DNA of 63,889 bases from Candidatus Atribacteria bacterium UBA6794 (GTDB taxonomy: Bacteria; Atribacterota; Phoenicimicrobiia; Phoenicimicrobiales; Stramentimicrobiaceae). Below the pieces are notes generated by a model that was given only the letters and a program-made list of their open reading frames with translations, had not been told where the DNA came from and did no database searches. The stretch's first letter is position 1. Each line of letters opens with the position of its first letter. The position numbers and the translations under genes are program-made. Of this stretch, positions 28,095-36,995 are shown piece by piece. The stretch covers positions 1 through 63,889 of the forward strand of contig DKFO01000081.1 of the NCBI GenBank assembly GCA_002452835.1, given 5' to 3'.

Positions 28095-28856
28095 TCACCA
28101 GATATTCATATATTTACACAGCTCAGTCAGGAACATACCAATATCCTGGTGTACCACGATAATAGCTTTACGGTCCAAATGGGTCTCCATATAGTTAATA
28201 ATAACCAACTCCCCTCCCCTGGCTAAACAATATTCTGGTAACAAATTAGCTGGCGAAACCTGTAAGGAGGAGCCTACTACTAAAAATAGATCAGCTTTAT
28301 TAGCCTCAGTAACAGCTTCATCCAGATTGGATAACATCTCGCCAAATAAAACTACCTCCGGCTTAAAAACACCGCCACACTGACAATAGGGAACATGCTG
28401 GTCATTACTGTCTATTTTTTCTAACAATAATTGTGAGGAAATCTTCTTTCCGCATCTATAACAGATGGCCTGGGATAAGTTCCCATGAATTTCCAGAACC
28501 CGTTGCGAGCCTGCCTTCTGATGTAAATTGTCAATATTCTGGGTTATTAAGGTATGTAAATAGCCTGCACGTTCCAGTTGAGCAAGGGCATAATGAGCCT
28601 TATTGGGGGAAACTTTATCTAATTCTTCGATCCTGGGACGATAAAACTGATAAAATCGGGCTGGATTTTCCTGAAAAGCCTCGATGCTGGTAACTTCTAT
28701 CGGGTTTACTTTAGACCATAAACCTTTACCTGGGGTCCGAAAATCAGGAATACCAGAAGCTGTACTGACCCCTGCTCCGGTCAAACAGACCGTGTATTTT
28801 GAATCTTTTAGTAATTCACTAAGTTTTACAATTTTTTGTTGCTCTATATCTTTCAT
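28095..28856 (-). CDS. cobB: NAD-dependent protein deacylase (Sir2/CobB family)
   Basis: GAGVSTASGIPDFR, HGN catalytic His, and Zn ribbon CYRCGK..CQCGG. Confidence 0.85.
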   Translation of the reverse strand: MKDIEQQKIVKLSELLKDSKYTVCLTGAGVSTASGIPDFRTPGKGLWSKVNPIEVTSIEAFQENPARFYQFYRPRIEELDKVSPNKAHYALAQLERAGYLHTLITQNIDNLHQKAGSQRVLEIHGNLSQAICYRCGKKISSQLLLEKIDSNDQHVPYCQCGGVFKPEVVLFGEMLSNLDEAVTEANKADLFLVVGSSLQVSPANLLPEYCLARGGELVIINYMETHLDRKAIIVVHQDIGMFLTELCKYMNIW

Positions 28857-28964
28857 CTTATGCTACTGAAAATAAAAACTCCTTTCCATATTTCTTTCTG
28901 TCCTTATACCCTACCCTAAGGGTTAACAACTCTCTTATCTATATTATTCCATTAATTCTATTTT

Positions 28965-30038
28965 TTAGACATTAAATCGGAAATTGACAATATCCCCATC
29001 CTCAATCAGATAATCTTTTCCTTCAATTTTTAATAAACCCTTTTCTTTAATCTTAGATAGGGAACCCCACTTTTTAAAATCGTTAAAATTGACTATCTCT
29101 GCCCGGATAAAACCACGCTCCATATCACTATGCACTTTACCTGCTGCTTTAACTGCGGTAGTGCCTCGGTGAATAGTCCAGGCTCTTACCTCATCTTTGC
29201 CTACTGTAAAAAAGGAAATTAAACCCAGATGTTGATATAAAACCTGAGCTAATCTGGTTATACCGCTTTCCTTAAACCCCAGGTCTTCTAAAAATAATTG
29301 CCTTTCTTCTTCTGGTAATTCATTAATTTCCATCTCTACTTTTCCACAAATAGGGATACTCGCCATGTGATGCTCTTCGATAAATTGATTAAATTTTTCC
29401 TGATTGGGAAATTTATTTTCCCGTAACTGTTCTTCATCAAGATTAACAGCCACCACAATGGGCTTAAGACTAAATAAACCATACCCACTTAATACTTTTA
29501 ATTCATCCTCACTCAGGGTCAAACTGGTTAATAGATGACCATCTCCTAAATGTTGTCCACATCTTTCTAAAATTTTCTTTTCGTTTTCCTCTGATAAAGT
29601 CAACTTTCTTTTAGAACTATCAAGTCTACCAATACGATTTTCTACCAATTCTAAATCCCTCAAAATAATTTCATAAACCAGGCTCTCCAGCTGGCGAACA
29701 GGGTCAGTGTCACCAGGAATAGCTTCCTCCTCAAAAACCCGAATTACCATTAAAAGTGCATCTGAATTTTGTACTTGATGAAAAATCTCTTGTTTTAACT
29801 TTTCAGGTATATCTGCCGAAATACCAGGAATATCAATTATTTCAATGGTCGCATAAATAGTTTTTTGGGGCTGATAGAGGGAGCTCAAATAATCAATTCG
29901 CTCATCAGCCACCTTAACCACACCAATATTTTTTGTTTTTGCTGAGGAAAATGAATCAGTCTGCCTATGCTGACTGGTAAGAAGATTAAAAATAGTTGTT
30001 TTCCCAGTTAAAGGCATTCCTAAAATACCGATATTCAT
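28965..30038 (-). CDS. ychF: Ribosome-binding ATPase YchF
   Basis: P-loop GMPLTGKTT and C-terminal YchF-type domain (FIRAEIV..GKDYLIEDGDIV). Start chosen at MNIGILG. Confidence 0.8.
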   Translation of the reverse strand: MNIGILGMPLTGKTTIFNLLTSQHRQTDSFSSAKTKNIGVVKVADERIDYLSSLYQPQKTIYATIEIIDIPGISADIPEKLKQEIFHQVQNSDALLMVIRVFEEEAIPGDTDPVRQLESLVYEIILRDLELVENRIGRLDSSKRKLTLSEENEKKILERCGQHLGDGHLLTSLTLSEDELKVLSGYGLFSLKPIVVAVNLDEEQLRENKFPNQEKFNQFIEEHHMASIPICGKVEMEINELPEEERQLFLEDLGFKESGITRLAQVLYQHLGLISFFTVGKDEVRAWTIHRGTTAVKAAGKVHSDMERGFIRAEIVNFNDFKKWGSLSKIKEKGLLKIEGKDYLIEDGDIVNFRFNV

Positions 30039-30058
30039 TACCCACCTCAAAATGAATT

Positions 30059-30475
30059 TTAGAGCAATCCCCGGCCATAAGTAGCCATAGTCAGATTACC
30101 GTATTTAACACCCTTTACTGCTTTTAGCTCATTAGCAAGCTGCTTAAGAGCACTTGCCTCTCCCTGGACAATAATTACCTCCAGACAATTATCATGGTCC
30201 ATATGGATATGCTGAGTGGAAGTAATCATATCATAATAGTCGTGTTGCAAAGTAGTTAATTTTTGAACTAAACCCCTTTTATGATGACTGTAAACCAGGG
30301 TAATAGTACCAGCCACCTTTTCATTGTTAGCCCATTCAGTTTCCACCAACTCTTCCCGAATCAAATCTCTTATTGCTTCAGATCGATTTTTATATTTTCG
30401 CTCTTTAACCTGAAGATCAAATTTTTGTAATAATTCTTCTTCTAAAGAAATACTAAAGCGAACTAAATGAGACAT
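30059..30475 (-). CDS. nikR: Nickel-responsive regulator NikR
   Basis: N-terminal ribbon-helix-helix (VRFSISLEEELL..RSEAIRDLI) and a His-rich ACT-like C-terminal domain (HHK, HIHMDHDNCLEV). Confidence 0.85.
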   Translation of the reverse strand: MSHLVRFSISLEEELLQKFDLQVKERKYKNRSEAIRDLIREELVETEWANNEKVAGTITLVYSHHKRGLVQKLTTLQHDYYDMITSTQHIHMDHDNCLEVIIVQGEASALKQLANELKAVKGVKYGNLTMATYGRGLL

Positions 30476-30877
30476 AACAAATCCTTTTTTTCTTCATCTA
30501 TTCTATACTTGAAAAAATTCATTACTTATTAAAGACTTATTTTATTTTTTCTTTTACTTTAGATGTTCTAAAAGAAGGTAATCAGGGGAGGTATCCCCTG
30601 AAACCTCTTAAGGAGAATACCCTGGTAAAAAATAATATTTTCTTGCCTAATAATAACACAAGAAGATAGGAGGAGCAAACTACTTTAAAGAAGCCTTCTT
30701 TATTACTAAACTTCTGGCAGGAAACAAAGATTTATGGTATATTTAATATAATACTTTATAGTTGTACACTAAGAATACTTCGTAAAATATGCCATCTCGA
30801 GCGAGAACATAAATGAAGCACCTGCTTATTTTTATTTATACACCATCATGCTACAAAAAATAGAGGGGACAATTGCT

Positions 30878-32524
30878 ATGGATGCCGTTCAAAAATTTCA
30901 GGAGCTACTTAAAAAGATTTTCCAGTTTGAAGCCTCTGATTTAGATTTCGGAATTTATCGCGTTTTGAATTACAAAAGAGATAGGATAGAGAAATTTATT
31001 CAGGAAGACCTTAAAGATAAAATAGAATCTGCCTTTGCTAAGCATAAAGATGAAAGACTGACTGACCTGAATCAGAGATTGGAAAGTGCGAAAGAGAAGG
31101 TTAATCATAATTTGGGACCAACGGCTTTCACGCCTACCGGAGACCTTAAAGAAGAGTTTAAGGATACACCTATCGGCAAAGATTTCCTTTCAGTAAAAGC
31201 GCAAAAAGAAGAAGTAGAAGCGATTGACGAGATTAAATTACAGGTTTTCAATGACCTTTATAATTTCTTCTCTCGCTACTACGAAGAAGGCGATTTTGTT
31301 CCCCATTACCGCTATTCTATAAAAGGGCATAAATATGCCATTCCTTATAATGGCGAAGAAGTAAAACTCTACTGGGTGAATGCAGAGCAATATTACACAA
31401 AAACAGGCTTTCTTTTCCGCGACTACACATTTTCAATTCATTCCCCTTCTCTGAAGGGGTGGCAGGCGAAGCCTGACGGGGTAGTCAAAGTTATCTTTCG
31501 CATCGTTTCAGCCAGAGAAGAACTCGCTTCAAACAAAGCCACCAAGGAGAGATTCTTTATTCTTGACGATGAAACACCGATAGAAATTGTTCCCTCTCCC
31601 CTGGCAGGAGAAGTTAAGGGTGAGGGGGAAATAATTATCCGCTTTCAGTATAGAGAACTTACCGAAGATGAAGTAAAGGACTATGAGGTAGGAGGAGGAA
31701 GCAACGTTGCCAGACAGGAGAAGATTAACCAGAGAAGTTATGAAAAGGCACTAAAAATGATTAATGATACTATTTTTAAGGAAGCTTTGAGCAGGGAGTA
31801 TAAAAGCGAAAAGCCACTTTTCTTTTATCACATCTCAAGATTCACCGCTAAAAATACCAGGGATTACTTTATCCACAAAAACCTTAAAAAATTCCTCTCT
31901 GAACAACTGGATTACTTCATCAAAGCCGAGGTTTTAGATATTGATACCCTGGGAGGAGAAAAGTTTTTAGATAAACATATAACCAGAGCCAGAGTAGTGC
32001 GAGAAATTGGAGAGGACCTCATTGATTTTCTCTCCCAGATTGAGGATTTCCAGAAAAGGCTATGGGAGAAAAAGAAATTTGTCTTAAAAACAGAGTATGT
32101 AATTACCATAGATCGGGTACCAGAAGAATTTCACCAGGAAATCTGGAATAACGAAGAACAGAAGAAAGAATGGAAAGAGTCAGGATTTGATATACCGTCC
32201 TCAGTATCTGCCCTGCAAAAGCAAGAATCTAAACTCCCCATTGATACTAAATACTTTAGCCAGGAATTCAAAGAAAAACTCCTTGAGAAATTAACCGAAA
32301 TCCCCTCTCCCTCGACGGGAGAGGGTAAGGGTGCTAATTTAGATGACCTTTTAGATGGCTTGCTCATAAAAAGCGAAAACTGGCAGGCGCTGAATTTGCT
32401 TCTGGATAAATATAAGGAAAAAGTGCAGACCATCTATATTGACCCACCTTTTAACAAAGAGCAGGATGCCGACTATCTTTACAATGTGAAATATAAAGAT
32501 TCCACCTGGATGAGCCTGTTGTAA
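30878..32524 (+). pseudogene. 5' fragment of a long Type III-like DNA methyltransferase (mod), truncated just after motif IV
   Basis: The reading frame ends at ..TIYIDPPFNKEQDADYLYNVKYKDSTWMSLL*. That is the DPPY-type motif IV plus the following W-x-S-x region. There is no motif I/AdoMet-binding half. It carries two in-frame family A repeat insertions. Confidence 0.7.
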
Positions 32525-32625
32525 AATCGTAAGAATTTCTTTGGCTTGACATCTGGGTTTACTTTATTTTCTTTCCCTTAATCTTATTCTGTGAAAAAAT
32601 AAATACATCAAATCTAATAAAGATT

Positions 32626-32670
32626 AAATATTTTAAAATATTTGACATATTTTAAAATATTTGTTACAAT
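32626..32670 (+). promoter_or_regulatory. Consensus sigma70-type promoter overlapped by two palindromic boxes
   Basis: TTGACA (32642-32647), a 17-nt spacer, then TACAAT (32665-32670). An 18-bp perfect palindrome AAATATTTTAAAATATTT lies at 32626-32643 and a 14-bp palindrome ATATTTTAAAATAT at 32647-32660. AGGAG precedes the ATG at 32710. Confidence 0.6.
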
Positions 32671-32709
32671 TTATAAAAATATGATTTTTTACGTAAATAG
32701 GAGAATTAT

Positions 32710-32940
32710 ATGACAGGAGCTAGTAAATACGAAACACCGGGAGAAAAATTTAAACGATTGGCGACCAAGAGAACAAATGAGGTATTGAAAAGATTAAAAA
32801 TACTCGGGAACTGCTCTAACAGACAGGTTTATGAATATACAGAGGAGGAGGTTGAAGCAATATTTTCTGCTATTGATCGCAAGGTAAAAGAAGTGAAAGC
32901 AAAGTTTTACTTTCCGAAGGAAGAAAAATTCAAACTTTGA
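32710..32940 (+). CDS. Small basic protein of unknown function (first gene of the cassette, possible regulator)
   Basis: 76 aa with a good RBS. Its stop is 11 nt before the next start. No motif recognised. Confidence 0.6.
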   Translation: MTGASKYETPGEKFKRLATKRTNEVLKRLKILGNCSNRQVYEYTEEEVEAIFSAIDRKVKEVKAKFYFPKEEKFKL

Positions 32941-32951
32941 GGGGGTTGATT

Positions 32952-34952
32952 ATGTCTGGAAGATTAATTGACGCTTATCTGGGCGAAATTGGGGTAAGAA
33001 GAACTGTTCGCAACTGGCCGGAGGATATAAAAGCTATTGTTGATGGTTATAGAGCATATACAACGCTACCTCATGCTGTACAAAAGGATGCCATCCAGAA
33101 TGGCTGGAGTGCCAGAAAAAACAAGAAAGGAAGAGAATGGAGTTTTACTTTTCAACTGGTTGAAGGAAGAGAACGACAATATTTATTGATGACCGATCAA
33201 GGAACTACAGGACTTACCGGAAAAGTTTTAAAACCGGAGGAATATGAAGAAGATTTACCACCTGAGGAAAGATGGGGAAGGTTTGAAGGAGTCGCCTTCA
33301 CCCAGTCCCGTTCAGAAAGAACTCTTGGTTCGAGGGGCAGAGGAAAATTTATTTTTGTTGGTGCTTCGAAAGAACAAACGATTTTATATGATACACTCAG
33401 AGATGACGGTACTTATAGATTTGGCTTCAGAACCGTGATAAAAACTGAATCACCTGTAGCTGCCTATGATGGTGAAAAAGGTAAAGTTAAATTGGGAGAA
33501 ATGACCGATAATCAAATTGAGCCACTATCTACGGTTGGTACCAGAGTTATTATTGTTGAACCGGTGGATGAAGTTGTTGAGGCTATCAAAAACGGACTTT
33601 TTCTCCGTTTTATAGGAGAAACTTGGTGGGAGATAATATCTAAATACCGTGCCTGTATTAAAGTAAAATGTGGGGAAAAGGAAGATCTGGCGAGAATCCC
33701 GGAAGAGTTTGAACTAAAAAAGGAAGATTCTAAAGAGTTTAAGGTATGGATTAGACAAAATAATATTAAAATTTCTGTTAGCTTCGGTGAAGCGAAAATA
33801 AAAAATCTTCATATAGTATATTGTAAAGACCCAGTTCCTGAAGATATAAGAGGTGTAGCTATCCAGAGGGATGGAATGAAAATATGTGCGATTGAACCAA
33901 GATATATGGGTAAAGAAATTGCAGAAAGAACCTTCGGTTATATTAACTTCGATGCAGATACAGAAGAACTTTTACTTGAAGATGAGGGGATAGAACATTA
34001 TTCCTTTGATTTCCGCCGTTCTCTTCCAAGTAATATAAAAAGAGTAGTGGAAGAGGGAATGATAACTTTTGCAAGAGAAAAATTGGGTTATGGCGGAGAT
34101 GCAAGAGAAATACATAGGGAACAGCAACGAAATGCTGAAAGAAGAGCTTTGACAGTGGTAAATAATTTTGCCCGTGCTCTGGGTATAGGGGCGGGACCTG
34201 GACCTAGTCGTGGTGGAGGAGGTGGTGAAAGAACTCCTAAAAGGACACGAATTCAGATGGCAGAGTTAATATTACCCCGTCCTGACGATCTGAGAATAAA
34301 TTATGGGGAGAAAGTGAGAAATATAGCAATAAAAATAGTAAACGATGGAGAACGAGATGTTGATATGCGAGTTAAACTTTTCCTTAGGTTTTATGATAAA
34401 CCTCTCAAAACTTTTCTTGAACAAGATATTACTGTTAGGGCGAATAGCACTACAGGTAATTTAGGACCATTTGAAGAGATATTCACTAGAGATGAGTATC
34501 CCAATATGGGCAAATATACAATTGTGGCAAAAATTGTATCCCTCATGGATGAAGATAAAGGGAAAGAATTGGATTATAAGACAAAAAACTTCTATCTTGA
34601 AGAAGATCCTCCGAGGCAGGGATTATTTGAAGGATGTGAGGCTTTTGGTTTTCCGGATAAAGAACCTATAAAATACTGGATGGGATACAGTGAATACGGA
34701 AGTGAAAGAGGGCTCATTCTTTATTACAATTTGAATCATCCGGGCTATACATCTGTATCTGAAAATGAGGACGATCTTGCTGAATATATACTCAGAATAG
34801 CCGGACAGGAAATTTGCATATATGATTTAATGCAGGAAAACCCAATTCTTTTTAGAGATAATCAGAGAGACGAATCTCAAGAGATTTTAAAACAGGAACG
34901 GAAAGTCGTTGGTGAACTAATATATAGATTTCGTAAAGGAGAAGTTGAATAA
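32952..34952 (+). CDS. GHKL (Bergerat-fold) ATPase-like protein with a large unknown C-terminal region
   Basis: N-box-like DAIQNGWSA, G1-like TDQGTTGLTG and G2-like GSRGRGKFIF in the first ~160 aa. A Gly-rich linker (GAGPGPSRGGGGGERTPKR) follows, then a ~220-aa C-terminal region. ATG at 32952 follows GAGGGGG. Confidence 0.6.
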   Translation: MSGRLIDAYLGEIGVRRTVRNWPEDIKAIVDGYRAYTTLPHAVQKDAIQNGWSARKNKKGREWSFTFQLVEGRERQYLLMTDQGTTGLTGKVLKPEEYEEDLPPEERWGRFEGVAFTQSRSERTLGSRGRGKFIFVGASKEQTILYDTLRDDGTYRFGFRTVIKTESPVAAYDGEKGKVKLGEMTDNQIEPLSTVGTRVIIVEPVDEVVEAIKNGLFLRFIGETWWEIISKYRACIKVKCGEKEDLARIPEEFELKKEDSKEFKVWIRQNNIKISVSFGEAKIKNLHIVYCKDPVPEDIRGVAIQRDGMKICAIEPRYMGKEIAERTFGYINFDADTEELLLEDEGIEHYSFDFRRSLPSNIKRVVEEGMITFAREKLGYGGDAREIHREQQRNAERRALTVVNNFARALGIGAGPGPSRGGGGGERTPKRTRIQMAELILPRPDDLRINYGEKVRNIAIKIVNDGERDVDMRVKLFLRFYDKPLKTFLEQDITVRANSTTGNLGPFEEIFTRDEYPNMGKYTIVAKIVSLMDEDKGKELDYKTKNFYLEEDPPRQGLFEGCEAFGFPDKEPIKYWMGYSEYGSERGLILYYNLNHPGYTSVSENEDDLAEYILRIAGQEICIYDLMQENPILFRDNQRDESQEILKQERKVVGELIYRFRKGEVE

Positions 34953-35632
34953 TGGCTGTAATTATTAGAGAAGATAAAATTATCGAAGGCAAAAAATATG
35001 AGGTTTTAGTATATCGAGCGAAGCCAGGTAAACTTGTTACCGAGGAAGAAAAGAAAAGAGCAGAAAAGTTTGATCGTTTTCTCTCGGGAGAAATGAAAGG
35101 AATAGAGCAAGAAATGGAAAATAATGGTTTGATTAAACTAAAAGGGAAAAAAGGTAAGGTACATGAACTGTGGTACGAAGTGGGTAAAAAGCTTGAGTTT
35201 GTCATGGATACCACTGTTGTGGCTGCTGAAGACAGGGAATTTGTTTGGCGTGCAATATACGATCATGCTGGGAAACTTGCCCCTGGGCCTCTGACAGAAA
35301 GAGTAAGAAGAGATCCTGAAACAAGTCACTTTTCGTACTGCTATAAATTATCCCGGTTTCCTTGGGATTTTGTCGATTCGGCGGGTGACTGGACTTCGTG
35401 GAGCGAATTTTTTGATAGAAGAGAAACAAAAAATGATTCACGTATCATAGAATGGCTTAATAAAAAAGCAAAGGAAAGTAAAATTTTAAGCAGACAGAAC
35501 TGGCTAAGACCCTTAACAAAAGCAATTCATCGGGACTTTGACAAAATAGATACCACGGTTTTCTCTACTGATGAGCTGTATGGACGGCTTGAAAAAATTT
35601 TTTCTGGTTTGAAATTAAATGAAAAGAAATAA
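34952..35632 (+). CDS. Hypothetical 226-aa protein, function unknown (candidate effector/partner)
   Basis: The start overlaps the upstream stop (TAATG). The end overlaps the Dcm start by 14 nt. No confident motif. Confidence 0.6.
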   Translation: MAVIIREDKIIEGKKYEVLVYRAKPGKLVTEEEKKRAEKFDRFLSGEMKGIEQEMENNGLIKLKGKKGKVHELWYEVGKKLEFVMDTTVVAAEDREFVWRAIYDHAGKLAPGPLTERVRRDPETSHFSYCYKLSRFPWDFVDSAGDWTSWSEFFDRRETKNDSRIIEWLNKKAKESKILSRQNWLRPLTKAIHRDFDKIDTTVFSTDELYGRLEKIFSGLKLNEKK

Positions 35633-36995
35633 TAAATTTTATGCTATAGATCTTTTTGCTGGATGTGGCGGATTGAGTGAAGGATTCACACAAGCCGGAT
35701 TTGAAGTTATTGCACAGGTAGAGATGAATAGATGTGCATGTGAAACATTAAAAACAAGACATATATATTATGGATTGAAAAAACTTAAAAAAGGATATCT
35801 TTATGACAAATATCTGAAGGAGGAAATTAATAAAGAAGAAATCCTGTCCAAGTTTGATGACCTTGCGGAATCCATCTCTTACAGAGTAATTCAAGCAACT
35901 TTCGGGAATGATGAAAAGTCTGAAATTCTGGGAAGAATAGAATCAACAAGACAATACCATAAAGCTCCGAAATTTCATGTGCTTCTCGGGGGACCTCCCT
36001 GTCAGCCCTACTCAATTGCAGGAAGAGCAAGGGATCCATGGGGGATGGAAAATGATGAGAGGCACTTTCTCTACAAACATTATCTTGAAATTCTGGAGAG
36101 TTTCCAGCCAGACATTTTCGTATACGAAAATGTACCGGGTCTTTTTACAGCAAAAGCCGGTGGTAATAGAATATTTGAAAAGATGTTAGATGATTTTATC
36201 TCGCTCCATCCAGCCTATGAAATAATACCCCCTCTTCAGCAGATTTATACCGAACCATGTAATTATATTCTCGATACTGCTGATTTTTTAATCCCGCAGA
36301 GAAGAAAAAGACTGCTTCTCGTGGGATACAGGAAATCTCTTGAGGAAAAAAATCCAGAGATTAAAAATATTTTTACAAAGTTACAAAAACTTGCGCTCAA
36401 AAATAGAAAAAAAGGATACCTTACTGTTGATGACGCCATTGGTGATCTTCCTCCGCTAAGACCCGGTGAAGGCAGTAATGGATGGTACGGTTATTATCAG
36501 CCAAGTTCGAGTTTAAAGGCCTATCAAACAGAAATGAAAAGAGGGTCTCCCGGTACAGTCAATCACAGTGCAAGAACGCATATGAAGAGTGATCTTGAAA
36601 GATATAAATTTTTCATTGAATATCATAAAAATGGTAACGGAGCTGCAACTTTAGATACTCTTAAAATGGAATGCCCCGATCTTTTACCAGAACACAAACA
36701 TCTTGATAAATTTCTTGATAGATTTAAAGTTCAATGGTGGACACGTCCTTCCTCGACCATTACAGCTCACATATGTAAAGACGGGCACTATTACATCCAT
36801 CCTGATATAAGTCAGTGTCGTTCTTTTACTGTAAGAGAGGCAGCGAGATGCCAGTCGTTTCCTGATAATTTTAAATTTGAAGGACCACGAACCGAGCAGT
36901 TCAAACAGGTAGGGAATGCGGTCCCCCCAAAACTAGCAAAAGCCATCGGGATATTTATTATGCGTGAACTGGAGAAAGTTTATGGAGAAAAATAA
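35619..36995 (+). CDS. dcm: DNA (cytosine-5)-methyltransferase
   Basis: Motif I FAGCGGLSEGF, motif IV GGPPCQPYS, motif VI YENVPGL, motif VIII QRRKRLLLVG, motif IX TVREAARCQSFPDNF and motif X QVGNAVPP. Confidence 0.92.
   Translation: MKRNNKFYAIDLFAGCGGLSEGFTQAGFEVIAQVEMNRCACETLKTRHIYYGLKKLKKGYLYDKYLKEEINKEEILSKFDDLAESISYRVIQATFGNDEKSEILGRIESTRQYHKAPKFHVLLGGPPCQPYSIAGRARDPWGMENDERHFLYKHYLEILESFQPDIFVYENVPGLFTAKAGGNRIFEKMLDDFISLHPAYEIIPPLQQIYTEPCNYILDTADFLIPQRRKRLLLVGYRKSLEEKNPEIKNIFTKLQKLALKNRKKGYLTVDDAIGDLPPLRPGEGSNGWYGYYQPSSSLKAYQTEMKRGSPGTVNHSARTHMKSDLERYKFFIEYHKNGNGAATLDTLKMECPDLLPEHKHLDKFLDRFKVQWWTRPSSTITAHICKDGHYYIHPDISQCRSFTVREAARCQSFPDNFKFEGPRTEQFKQVGNAVPPKLAKAIGIFIMRELEKVYGEK

Noticed and set aside
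28095-28856. Sir2-domain gene as a defence effector (Thoeris ThsA / DSR-like), perhaps acting with the two downstream membrane proteins at 26781-28084
   Set aside because: The protein is a compact 253-aa canonical sirtuin with the GAGVSTASGIPDFR Rossmann motif, the catalytic HG and a CxxC..CxC zinc ribbon, like housekeeping CobB. It has no SLOG, TIR or large extra domains. The neighbours have no defence-related motifs.
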